DNA of 64,000 nucleotides from IMG/VR virus record IMGVR_UViG_3300037502_003770, positions 186,001 to 250,000 of that record; one strand, 5' to 3'. The stretch's first letter is position 1; each line of letters opens with the position of its first letter. The position numbers and the translations under genes are program-made. Below are positions 28,894 through 39,200 of the stretch, piece by piece. Under the pieces are notes generated by a model. The model made no database searches, was not told the DNA's origin, and saw only the letters and a list, made by a program, of their open reading frames with translations.

Positions 28894-30206
28894 TATTTTT
28901 TTGTAATTAAAGCTACTTGCGTTGGTTGAATATTGTTTACTGTATCACCACAATAAGATATTTCTATATTGTATAAATTATTATCTATAATGTTAGATAA
29001 AAATGATTGAAATTCGATTTCATTAAATTCAAATTTATGGTCATGATGTCTACTATCAACATTATCATCAAATATATAAAATTGATTAAATGATTGATTA
29101 GGTGTTGTAATAACAAATTTATCAAAATTAATATTATCTACAACTTGTTTAATTAAATATTTAGCATCATCTATTTCTAAATGTTCTATAACTTCTGTTA
29201 AAAGAACATCCATTTTATTATTAGAAAATTCATTTTCTGTATAAATTTCAAGAAATTCTGAAATATCATTAAATAAGTAAACATAATCTTCTAGTTCTTT
29301 TTTTCTAATAGTATGTTTTAAATCTTCTATTATTTCAGAATCTTTATCAATAGAATAAATAACAAATTCTTTATTATCATTCTTTAATTGTTTACCATAT
29401 CTTGTTGAATAAAAGCCTTCACCACAACCTAAATCAATAAGTGATTTATCTAAAGTAATTATTTTACTAATATGGTTATATCTTTGAATATGTGTATCTC
29501 CTATTGAAAAATCATATTTATTAGTAGAAGATTCATCTAATATCTTTTTAAAATTAACGAATTTATTACTTGAACTAGATAAGAAATTCTTTTTATAAAG
29601 GTATCTTATAAAATAAGGAGAATCAATACTTACAATAAGTTTAAGATATTTTTCAACTAACTTATCATCAAAATAAATATCTTCTTTATTAATTAAAGTA
29701 GAAAAGATTGTAAATACTGTAGTAACAGATAATAAATATGTTAATGATTTATTTGTTGTAATAGTTACATTATAAATATCTTTACCTATTAAAGTAAAGT
29801 CAATTTTACTATTAGAAAAATACTTATTAAAAATAAGAAAATAGTCTTGGTAATCTAATTCATAACAGCTAAAAGTTATTGAATGTTGATAAATATCATC
29901 AATATCTTTTACGTTTTGTTTTCTTAAACTATCAGAAAGATATTCATTAATTAATGAATTATAACAAAAAGATGAACAATATTTATTAACAGATAAATAT
30001 TCAAAATCGGGATTACTTTTATCTTTAAAAGATATAGTATCAGGACTATCGGTAAAAAATATATTATACTGTGTATTTAAACCTTCAGTATAATATGCAA
30101 AAGAAAAACCTTCTCTAATAGATTTAATTAACGGTAAAGAAGAAGGGTTTTTATTTATTAAAAAAGATAACTCAGGGTTTGTTGAGTTTAATTGAAGAAA
30201 AGCCAT
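28893..30206 (-). CDS. hen1: 3'-terminal RNA ribose 2'-O-methyltransferase Hen1
   Basis: N-terminal LSFLINKNP (Hen1 ligase-activating domain), DLGCGEG, TEVIEHL, TTPN..FN, RHHDHKFEF; stop overlaps pnkp start (TAATG). Confidence 0.9.
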   Translation of the reverse strand: MAFLQLNSTNPELSFLINKNPSSLPLIKSIREGFSFAYYTEGLNTQYNIFFTDSPDTISFKDKSNPDFEYLSVNKYCSSFCYNSLINEYLSDSLRKQNVKDIDDIYQHSITFSCYELDYQDYFLIFNKYFSNSKIDFTLIGKDIYNVTITTNKSLTYLLSVTTVFTIFSTLINKEDIYFDDKLVEKYLKLIVSIDSPYFIRYLYKKNFLSSSSNKFVNFKKILDESSTNKYDFSIGDTHIQRYNHISKIITLDKSLIDLGCGEGFYSTRYGKQLKNDNKEFVIYSIDKDSEIIEDLKHTIRKKELEDYVYLFNDISEFLEIYTENEFSNNKMDVLLTEVIEHLEIDDAKYLIKQVVDNINFDKFVITTPNQSFNQFYIFDDNVDSRHHDHKFEFNEIEFQSFLSNIIDNNLYNIEISYCGDTVNNIQPTQVALITKK

Positions 30207-30260
30207 ATTTATATGTTTAATTTTAAACGATATAAATATTACTTTTAAACTTCATATATG

Positions 30261-30387
30261 TTAAATATTTAATGAATTAATTCTTTCATTTGAAAAATCA
30301 AAATAAGATTTAACTATTTCTGTACCTAAAAAATTTCTATTTAGTTTTTTTGATACATAACAAGTAGTACCTGTACCTGAAAATGGG
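30261..30387 (-). pseudogene. 3' fragment of DNA methyltransferase split by tnpB element
   Basis: Minus-strand translation PFSGTGTTCYVSKKLNRNFLGTEIVKSYFDFSNERINSLNI* (motif I FxGxG); rejoins in frame with 31849-32456. Confidence 0.9.
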
Positions 30388-31848
30388 TTAGAAACTGTTA
30401 ATTATTTTATATTCTTCTATTATACTTTATATCACTTTATCTTAATAAAAATAATTTTATTTTACTATTTATATTAAAATACTACCACTCTTTAAAATAT
30501 ATGTATTCTATTAAAGTAAGACTTTATTTAAATAAACAACAACAAGAAAAATTAGAAACAATTTTTGATGCTTGCCGTTTTACTTATAATAAAGCCCTTT
30601 CTCATAAAATAAATACTTATACTAATAGTAAAAAATCTTTATCAAAAAATGATATTTCTAAATATTATCATGGTTTTTTAAGAAAAGAATTTTCTTTTTT
30701 AAAAGATGTTAATACTAAAGTGGTTAAACAAAGTTTAAGAGATTTAGATAAAGCTTTTAAAAACTTTTTTAAAAATAATAAAGGATTTCCTAAATTTAAA
30801 AGTAAGAGAGAAAAAGAAAAGAAATGTAGATTTCCTAATGATGCTATTTCTAAGGAATTTTTATCAGAAGGGAAGTATTTAAATTTTATAAAAGGTTTAT
30901 ATAAAGTAAGGTTTAGATGTTCTAAAGAGTATTTAGAAATATTACAATCTATTAAAAGAGATGATGATATAGAAAATATAACTGTTACTAAGAAAAGAAG
31001 TGGTATTTATGAAGCTTCTATTTGTTTAAATAAATCTAAACCAAAAGGAAAGAAGTTAAAAGAGACTGATTCTATTATAGGAATAGATTTAGGTATTAAA
31101 GAATTATTAGTCCTTTCTGATGGAACTGTACATAAAAATAATAAATATTATTTAAAATCAGAAAAGAAATTAAAGAAATTACAAAGGAAGCTTTCTAAAA
31201 GTATAGAATGTTTTAAAGAGAGTAAGAACCCTAAGAGTAAATATTTTACTAAGAATAAAGGTAAAAATTTAGAAAAGAACAGATTAAAAGTAGCAAGACT
31301 TAATGAAAAGATAACAAACCAAAAAGATACTTATATTCATGAAATAACTTCTAAAATTATAAACGAAAACCAAGTTATAGTAATGGAAGATTTGAATGTA
31401 AGCGGTATGTTAAAAAATCATAAGTTAGCAAGGTCAATTCAAAATGTTTCTTTTTCTGAAATAAAGAGACAATTACAATATAAATCGTCTTTTTATGGAA
31501 GAGAATTTATTTTAATAGATAGGTTCTTTCCTTCAAGTAAGACTTGTTCTTGCTGTGGAAATAAGAAGAAAGATTTAAAATTAAGTGACCGAGTATATAA
31601 ATGTAATAATCCTTCATGCGGAATAGAAATCGATAGAGATTTAAATGCAGCGATAAACATTCGCAACGAAGGTATAAGAATAATGAATAACAGAAATGTT
31701 ATTTCAAAAAGTAGGGGTCCGTTGCTCCGAACATAACGCTTGTGGACTATCCTCTATCGGGGTTATAATTGCAATATATTATAATTAGATATGATAGGTT
31801 GAAACAAGAAAACGGTATTATATGAAAGTATAATATTTATTATAACGG
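30388..31848 (+). mobile_element. Non-autonomous IS607-like tnpB element (1461 bp)
   Basis: Left flank ends TGGG, right end ends GG; removal restores TTTGACCCATTT (F-D-P-F) on minus; 11-bp subterminal inverted match tattatacttt (30418-30428) / aaagtataata (31825-31835); no tnpA. Confidence 0.85.
30501..31736 (+). CDS. tnpB: TnpB RNA-guided nuclease, canonical RuvC
   Basis: N-terminal HTH (KVRLYLNKQQ...CRFTYN), GIDLG, VMEDL, CSCCG...CNNPSCG zinc finger, DRDLNAAINI; CTATTTA at 30465-30471. Confidence 0.95.
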   Translation: MYSIKVRLYLNKQQQEKLETIFDACRFTYNKALSHKINTYTNSKKSLSKNDISKYYHGFLRKEFSFLKDVNTKVVKQSLRDLDKAFKNFFKNNKGFPKFKSKREKEKKCRFPNDAISKEFLSEGKYLNFIKGLYKVRFRCSKEYLEILQSIKRDDDIENITVTKKRSGIYEASICLNKSKPKGKKLKETDSIIGIDLGIKELLVLSDGTVHKNNKYYLKSEKKLKKLQRKLSKSIECFKESKNPKSKYFTKNKGKNLEKNRLKVARLNEKITNQKDTYIHEITSKIINENQVIVMEDLNVSGMLKNHKLARSIQNVSFSEIKRQLQYKSSFYGREFILIDRFFPSSKTCSCCGNKKKDLKLSDRVYKCNNPSCGIEIDRDLNAAINIRNEGIRIMNNRNVISKSRGPLLRT

Positions 31849-31868
31849 TCAAAAATTAAATCACCTTC
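31711..31868 (+). ncRNA. Putative omegaRNA (scaffold to 31848 plus flank-derived guide)
   Basis: GC-richer structured stretch overlapping the tnpB 3' end (gtaggggtccgttgctccgaacataacgcttgtggac...gaaacaagaa) up to the element's right end; boundaries inferred. Confidence 0.5.
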
Positions 31869-32456
31869 ATTAGAAAAATTTGTTATAATCTTTTCAACTA
31901 ATTCTTCTGGAAAAACGGCTGAATGTTCTTTAAGAACTTTTTTTCCTCTATTAATTTTCCAAGTATCTGATAATTCACCTCTTTTAAAATTAACTTTATC
32001 AAATTGTCTACTTATTGAATTACTAGAATCAAATATTAAAATTAACTCGCTTTGTCTATTTAAAACACCTGGTAACATAGATGGTTGACCATGCCCTTTA
32101 TCCCAAACAATAATATCTTTTAATTGTTCAGCAAATTCACCTATAAGTTTAAAAAATGCTCTTTTAGAACCTGTAACTATTTGAATATTATAAAATATAA
32201 TTTTACTAGTTCTTAATAATTCAGTTAAAATTGATTTATGTAATTCATAAAAATCATCTATAGGTAAATCATCATTAAAACCAACATATTTTGTAGAAAA
32301 ACCCTTTTCTTTATAACTTCTTTTAACATATTTATCACCTCTAATACGAAGATTCATATTATAAGGTGGGGATGTTATAACTACATCAATTTCTTTGTCT
32401 TGTATTTCTTTTAATATATCTAAACAATTTTGATTATATATTTTATTAATTTCCAT
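31849..32456 (-). pseudogene. 5' fragment of beta-class N4C/N6A DNA methyltransferase (ORF track 31818-32456)
   Basis: Motif IV VITSPPYN near the N-terminus, HSAVFPEELV, then GDLIFD| truncated just before motif I by the insertion. Confidence 0.9.
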
Positions 32457-32482
32457 AAGAATAATATTTTATATTCTTACTT

Positions 32483-32893
32483 TTAAATTTCATATATGTT
32501 AATATCAGGTTTTGTTCTTGTAAACATTTTTCTTAATCTACCAGCCATCGCATTTGCCTCATCTTCTATTGGTCCACCAATATCAGGTATTTCATTATAT
32601 TTATCTAATTCACCTGTTTCATCTTGCATTTGATGAGTTAATTCATGTGCAATAGTTGTTAAAATATCACTAAAACCTCTACCTTCATATCTAACATATG
32701 TTTTATATTGTGAAGGTGTATAACCTCCAGTAGACATCTGTTTTACGTAATCTTGTTTCTTAGGTAAAAATGTTATTTCACTATCTTTTTTTAAAGAAAG
32801 TTCTTCAAAACAAAATTTAATAAATTCTTCAAATAACTCTTTTTTAAATGAATCAACTTCTAAAGACTTGTGATATTTTATTGTAATTTTCAT
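32483..32893 (-). CDS. Putative zincin-like metallopeptidase
   Basis: TIAHELTHQMQ (HExxH) and downstream EDEAN. Confidence 0.65.
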   Translation of the reverse strand: MKITIKYHKSLEVDSFKKELFEEFIKFCFEELSLKKDSEITFLPKKQDYVKQMSTGGYTPSQYKTYVRYEGRGFSDILTTIAHELTHQMQDETGELDKYNEIPDIGGPIEDEANAMAGRLRKMFTRTKPDINIYEI

Positions 32894-32906
32894 ATTAATA
32901 AATAGT

Positions 32907-33221
32907 TTATATTTTAAAAATCTTCATATTAATAAATGAGTTTATTCCAATAGAAAAAATAATATAAAAGAAACTTATTTTAAAGAATAATAAATTTACT
33001 AAAGTAAAGAATATTAGATTAAACCAAAAACCAAAACAAATAGGACATAAACCTAAAGGTTTAACTAATTTAGGATATTTAGTTTCTAATTGTAATAAAA
33101 TTTTATAATACCAATCAAATATATTTCCATCATTAAAACAAAAATCAATGAAGTAAATATAACAACTAGATATAAAACTAATAAAAATAACTATAAAAAT
33201 ATTAAATAATATTATTTCCAT
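32907..33221 (-). CDS. Membrane protein with CxxC
   Basis: Hydrophobic segments flanking LGLCPICFGFW. Confidence 0.6.
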   Translation of the reverse strand: MEIILFNIFIVIFISFISSCYIYFIDFCFNDGNIFDWYYKILLQLETKYPKLVKPLGLCPICFGFWFNLIFFTLVNLLFFKISFFYIIFSIGINSFINMKIFKI

Positions 33222-33291
33222 AATAATTATCTTTTTGGTTTAGTAGAACCACAGTTACATGGTTTTTTTGAAAATAATTTTTCCATAAGAA

Positions 33292-33780
33292 TTAAGCGTT
33301 TATTATATTAAAGTAATTTTGAATATCATCAGAAGAATTTATTAATGATATATTATGTATTATATTAAAAACTGATATTGGTGAAGTATCTATTTCTATT
33401 TTTTCTATTGTTTTTTTTTCTAAGAAATATTCATTTTCTAAGAAAATATCACTAATATTTTCACTATTTATATTAGATGAATTATATTCATAAATAGTTC
33501 CATTATAGTTAATAATATTTTCTGAATAATAGATATTATTTATAGTATAATTAATATCACCTGTTGATTCATTATAAAATGTTATACCTTCAATATCAGT
33601 TGATATAGCATCATAATATTTTATTAATTGAATTAATTTGCTTTGAAAGGTAATACCTGTTATAGTATTTTGATTTATATAATTAATATCTGAAACAAGA
33701 GATTCGTCTAAAGGATTGTATTCTCCTAGAAATTCTATTGTTTTCTTTAAGTGAATGGTTTTATATAAATCCTTTTCCAT
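33292..33780 (-). CDS. Hypothetical protein
   Basis: 162-aa ORF; CTATTTA (minus) at 33803-33809. Confidence 0.65.
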   Translation of the reverse strand: MEKDLYKTIHLKKTIEFLGEYNPLDESLVSDINYINQNTITGITFQSKLIQLIKYYDAISTDIEGITFYNESTGDINYTINNIYYSENIINYNGTIYEYNSSNINSENISDIFLENEYFLEKKTIEKIEIDTSPISVFNIIHNISLINSSDDIQNYFNIINA

Positions 33781-33846
33781 TAAATAATTAACTTATTTCT
33801 AATAAATAGATTTTTTTTACTATTTATAATAAAATATTTTATTAAT

Positions 33847-34029
33847 ATGATTAATAAAGAACAAAAAGATAAAATGAAGTTTTTATTGAATCTTAAAACT
33901 TTAGGTAAGACTGATGATTATTCAACAATTAAATCTAAAGAAGAAAAAGAAAAGGAAACTCATATTAATGAAGCTAGAGAGCTAATTAATAGTCAATTAG
34001 AATTATTAAATTTAATATCAAAAAATTAA
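33847..34029 (+). CDS. Hypothetical small protein
   Basis: CTATTTA at 33820-33826, divergent from 33803-33809. Confidence 0.6.
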   Translation: MINKEQKDKMKFLLNLKTLGKTDDYSTIKSKEEKEKETHINEARELINSQLELLNLISKN

Positions 34030-34036
34030 AAAAAAA

Positions 34037-34258
34037 ATGGCAAAATCGCAAGTAAAAAAAATTGGTGAAGAAGTTAGACCAAGTATGGAAGCTAGAAATG
34101 AATATCAAGATTCATTTGAATATAATAGTTCATCACCTAATATAATCTCACCTATCGGTAAAGATACTATTGGTAATGCTGATGATATTAAAGCTAGAAC
34201 ATCACAATTAGCTAGAAATAAATATAATACTGGTACAGAGTATTCCGTAGAAGACTAA
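34037..34258 (+). CDS. Hypothetical small protein
   Basis: Co-oriented, tightly spaced 73-aa ORF. Confidence 0.65.
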   Translation: MAKSQVKKIGEEVRPSMEARNEYQDSFEYNSSSPNIISPIGKDTIGNADDIKARTSQLARNKYNTGTEYSVED

Positions 34259-34264
34259 TATTAA

Positions 34265-34798
34265 ATGAAAAAAAATACTTTAAATGAAGTAATCTATAAA
34301 CAAATAATAAAGGAGCTTTTATTAGAAGCTACTCAGGAATATATTATTAAAATGATAAAATCCGCAATTAAAAGTAGAAGAATATGGATTATTGATTATA
34401 AAGGTGAGAAAAAAATTGGTGCTGATGGTAAAGCTACTTGGAAAGTGTTACCAGGAAAAAGATATGTTGAAATTTACGCTTTAGGTACAATTAAAAATAG
34501 TAAAGAAGGTAAACTAGCTGTTAGAGCTTGGATAAGACCAGTATCAGTTAGTAGAACACCAAGAGGTTATGATACACAGGGTCAAAATACTGGTGAATAT
34601 CATCCTGATAAATTAAAACACAGACCAGGTTGGAGACTTTTTAGAGTAGATAGAATTATATCTATAACACCAACTATTCAATATTCAGAAGGATTCCCAC
34701 CTAAGTATAATCCTAATGATAAACAATTAAATATAATAATGTCAATGGATAAAAATTACACAGTAAATTATCCAATGAAACAAAAAAATAAATTATAA
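34265..34798 (+). CDS. WYL-like domain protein
   Basis: IWIIDYKG...GKRYVEIYALG...LAVRAW...GWRLFRVDRI pattern. Confidence 0.6.
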   Translation: MKKNTLNEVIYKQIIKELLLEATQEYIIKMIKSAIKSRRIWIIDYKGEKKIGADGKATWKVLPGKRYVEIYALGTIKNSKEGKLAVRAWIRPVSVSRTPRGYDTQGQNTGEYHPDKLKHRPGWRLFRVDRIISITPTIQYSEGFPPKYNPNDKQLNIIMSMDKNYTVNYPMKQKNKL

Positions 34799-34816
34799 TA
34801 AAAAAAATAAATTTTT

Positions 34817-35614
34817 ATGGAAGAAAATTATAATGATAATATATCAAAAGAAGCTTTGCCAGCTGTTGATATGAGTAAACTTTTTAAAAAAATACCAGGA
34901 ATTGCAAAGGCAAAAGAAATTACGGCTACAGCTGAATTAATTAACCCAACTAAAACTTCAATAAATGAAGCTGTTTTTACTAAAACAGAATATGTTGATG
35001 AAACTACTACTGATAATAGTTATGATGAATATTATGAAAGAGGTTTTGACCCAATGAGTGAATATAAAAGAAGATTTTCAACTCAAACAGAAAGACAACC
35101 ATCTAAATTTAATACACAATCTAAAGGTGATATAGCAAAATCAAAAGATATTAATGAAAGTAAAAATTTACTCGAAACAATGAGAGCTAATGGTGGGTTA
35201 AAGGGTATTTTAGAAAATACATCAGTACAACCAAAACATAATGAAATACCTGTTGACCCAAGAATTGCAAAACTTATTGCTCAAGGTAAATTTACTGAAG
35301 CTAAAAAATTAAATGAAGAATTATTAAATAATGTTAGTAAAATAACTGTTAATAAAACTAATACAAAAAAGAGAGAAGATATTTTAAATGAAATTAAATC
35401 TTCTCAAAAAAATATTCCTTCTGTTAGTAAAAGTGTTTTAAGTGAAGCTGAAATTAAAAATATAGTATTAAAAACTGTAGTAAATGATGTTTTTGATAAT
35501 AAAAAAATTGATAAAATTATAACTGAAAAAGTAGAAAAACTTTTTGAGAATAAAATAAATGAAATGGTAAATCGAAAACTATCAATAGCTTTAAAAAAGA
35601 TACTAAGTAAATAA
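34817..35614 (+). CDS. Hypothetical protein
   Basis: 265-aa charged ORF with many [LI]xE motifs. Confidence 0.7.
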   Translation: MEENYNDNISKEALPAVDMSKLFKKIPGIAKAKEITATAELINPTKTSINEAVFTKTEYVDETTTDNSYDEYYERGFDPMSEYKRRFSTQTERQPSKFNTQSKGDIAKSKDINESKNLLETMRANGGLKGILENTSVQPKHNEIPVDPRIAKLIAQGKFTEAKKLNEELLNNVSKITVNKTNTKKREDILNEIKSSQKNIPSVSKSVLSEAEIKNIVLKTVVNDVFDNKKIDKIITEKVEKLFENKINEMVNRKLSIALKKILSK

Positions 35615-35616
35615 AG

Positions 35617-35646
35617 AAAAACTCCTGATATTATTCAGGAGTTTTT
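35617..35646. terminator. Bidirectional terminator
   Basis: AAAAACTCCTGA ... TCAGGAGTTTTT between convergent genes. Confidence 0.8.
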
Positions 35647-35649
35647 ATT

Positions 35650-36138
35650 TTAGTAGTTTAATTCGCAAAAATCAGGTTGTATTGTTAATTTAAGTTTTTG
35701 TAAAGCATCAGAATCATAACTTTGATTACCAAAATCTGCACTAGTAATCATACATTGATACATTGTCCATTTTTGTACACCTACACCTGTAGGGTCTAAA
35801 GAAATTAATTGTAAATTCTTTTTATAACCAGCAGCGTAACCCATTCTACCTGTTAAACTTTCAGCATGTAATCTTACCCATTCCATAAGTTTTTGTGAAG
35901 CTGAAGGTCCAATTGTATCAATAAATTCTATATCAAAAGATGACCAAGTATACTGACCAGCTACATAGAACTTTGTATTTTGATACGGTACTTCTACTGA
36001 ATTAATTGTTATATTAGGTTTTTTTGTCATCTGAACTAGCCACGATTCAATATTTAATTCAGATGGGAATAACAACTCAAACCTATTTTCTCTTAAAAGT
36101 TCCGATTGTATCGGAGTTGGTCTTAATAATGTAGCCAT
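35650..36138 (-). CDS. Tail tube protein (T4 gp19-like)
   Basis: NRFELLFP, WVRLHAESLTGRMGYAAGYKKN, LDPTG, KWT; directly downstream of sheath; CTATTTA (minus) at 36171-36177. Confidence 0.88.
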   Translation of the reverse strand: MATLLRPTPIQSELLRENRFELLFPSELNIESWLVQMTKKPNITINSVEVPYQNTKFYVAGQYTWSSFDIEFIDTIGPSASQKLMEWVRLHAESLTGRMGYAAGYKKNLQLISLDPTGVGVQKWTMYQCMITSADFGNQSYDSDALQKLKLTIQPDFCELNY

Positions 36139-36191
36139 ATTTTTATAATTTTATTTGTTTTTATTTATTATAAATAGTATATAAATAAAAA

Positions 36192-36217
36192 AACCGTAAG
36201 AATTTAATCTTACGGTT
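36192..36217 (-). terminator. Intrinsic terminator after tail sheath
   Basis: AACCGTAAGA ... TCTTACGGTT stem with T-run on the minus strand. Confidence 0.7.
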
Positions 36218-36238
36218 AAAAATAATTTATTTATTTTA

Positions 36239-39200
36239 TTAAGCTTCGGTAAAACTTACTGAATTATCAGAAGGTGTTAATATAAAATCAATACCAATTT
36301 CTTCTAAAGCTGATGTAGGTGTTAATTTAATTTGGAAAAATAACTGACCTCTATCAATAGTTTCAGGAGTATTATTTGGTGAATATACTACACTAAATCT
36401 TCTTAAACCTCTATCTCTTTTAATTTGTTCAAAAATAGGGTTTACTTTATCTAAGAATTGTTGACCTGCAACTTCATCATTTTGTTCAAATAGTAATGTT
36501 CTACTAATTTCTTTTACTACTTGTTTTGCGTATAACATTAAACGTCTTACGTTAATTTTATTCAATAATGAATTATCGCTAACTGGACCTCTTAAAGTTC
36601 TTTGACCAAAAATATCTAAACCAACATTTGTAAATTTAGCAATCGGGTTAATTCTACCTTGTTGTAAAATATCTCTATCAGCTTCGGTAAATGTTTTTCT
36701 AACATTAATACCTTGAGTAAGTAGACCTCTAGTTAAACCAGCAGGAGCAAACCAAGGAGCATTAGTTTTATCAGTTAAAGCAATTACTCTAGCAACTTCA
36801 CCTGTAGGTGGAATATAGATATTAGTTTTAGTTAATGAATCAACTATTTTAATCCAAGAATAATATGTAGCACCATAAGAAGTATTAATACTAGTACTAT
36901 CTAATAAACCAACAATTTCATTAGCTAAATTAGGTGAACTTGGTAAATCAGGAGCATCAATTAAATATAAACAATCTTGTCTTTCATTTTCAATCATAGA
37001 AATAACTTCACTAACTAAAGATTCATTATCACTAAAATTAACGCCTGGAGTCATTAATATATTAATTAAAGAAGCTTCTGAATTAGCATACTCTCTATAA
37101 CCCAATAAATAAGCATAATAATCAGAAGTACTAAAACCATTAACAGCACCTACTTTAAATAAATCAGTATTTGTTCTATTACTTCTATAAATATCCCAAC
37201 CATCAAAACCACCATAAGATAATACGGTAAATTTACGAGCAGCTTTATTTGAATATGTGCCAGATAAAACATCAGTTGAATTTCTAATCGCACCAGTACC
37301 TACTGTAAAAGTAGTTGTAGTTACACCTGTAGCATTTACATCTAAGTGGAAGCCATTAGTAGTAGCAATTGATTGTGAACTATTTGTTACACCAATATAT
37401 TTTAAAATATCAGAATCAACATTTTTTGAAGTGAATGTACTTGTATTAAAAGCTTTTTCTGAAATACCTAAATATGTTCTGTTAATATTATCGCTTGTAG
37501 AATAAGATGTTTTATACAACATATCTAAAGGTAATAGTGTTGAATCAATGTTAGAATAATTTCTTATTTTATAACCTTCAAAACCACAAGGATAAGAAGT
37601 TTGACTAAAATTAACTGGTAAAACAATATAAACATATTTAGAAACAATATCATACATTGTAGAATTTAAATCATTTTCTAAAACACAACCTATTTTCTTA
37701 CCAATGAAATTGTTAACACTTTCATTCATTGTACATTTAGAGAATTGTTCTAAAATAACAGGGTTTTCATCAGTATCATTAAAATCACGAATTACAACAT
37801 CAAATTCACCTGTAGATGGTTCAATATTTGTAATAGATATTTTAATTTCTTTATTAGCTGCATCACCATCAGAAATGTTTACAAATTTAAATAACCTTTT
37901 AACAGTATTTCCTTGTAATTCACTTACAACAAAAGGAGTTTCAGGTGTTTTATATTGTGTATTAAAATCTTTAAATTGATTATTATCAAGTAAAGTTAAT
38001 TTACTAGGAACATCTAAATAAAAAGTATTATTCTCAATAGATTTTCTAATATAATTAGTATATACATTTTCAAGAATTAATTTTTTATTAGAAGAAAGCG
38101 ATTTACTTAAAACTTTTTCAATATAATTAGATTTACTAGGGTCTAAACTACATACATAAGTTTCAGTACCAAAAGAACCATTAGCTGTTAAAGTAAAATC
38201 ACCAAATGCTTTATTTGTTGAATTACTAATTGTTACGGTATTAACATCAAAAATTAAGTTATTAGCTGAATAAGAAGCATTACTTCTTAAAGTCGCTACA
38301 ACTTTATATTTGGCAGGTGTAATAATAGCAGCTCTTGAATATAATACATTATATTCTTGTAAATCACCAATCTTTAAATTATTTACTAAAGAACCTAAAT
38401 TCTTAAAGTTATAACTTCTCTTAACCGTAACATTATTTACATAAGTTGATGAGTCTGAATAACCACTATCTGAAATAGTAAATGCGCTTGAAATTAGATT
38501 AGTACTTAAATTTAAACCATCACTCGGAATTGATAAAATACCAGTATTATTATCGTAAATAAATGATTTACCAGTAAATGAAGTAACAGTATCAGTAAAC
38601 TGACTAGTAGTTACAGCACTAATATTATTAAGAGTATTAACAATATATACTACTGTTGGTTTATTAGTTTGACTACTATAATAATTTACGCTATTATAAT
38701 TATTATTTAATGGGTCTTGATAACCCATAAAAATATCATTACTAGGATAAAATGAATTTAAAGTTGTGGAACTATATCCAATACTGTTATTATAAACCAC
38801 TATTTTACTTGTAGTTGTATCAATATTAATATTAGAACTTGTTACACCTGTAATTCTAGTTATAAATTCTGATACTGGGAAATAGTTTGTATTATCAAAA
38901 AAACCAGTCCTAAATATATCAAAACTATTAATACTAGGTATATAAGCAAGTAAAAAAGTGGGTTGAATAGTAACAGTAGTAGATGTTAAAGTTACCGCTG
39001 ATATATTAGTAAATGAAGTTGAACTATTAAATGTTCTAGTGGTTGCTGTATAATCTAAAGTTGAACTTACAACATCAGTTACATTATTAAAAATAAATTG
39101 TTTTCCTAATGCAGTAAATTTAGTTTTAGGTGAATTAATAGTAAATGAACCATCACTAACAGCAGGTGATACATTACTACCTGAATTAACACTATTAAAA

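Noticed and set aside
30388-31848. IStron (self-splicing intron plus tnpB) that would rescue the methyltransferase
   Set aside because: The element is antisense to the host gene and only 113 nt precede tnpB, too little for a group I core; no intron structure was recognised on the minus strand.
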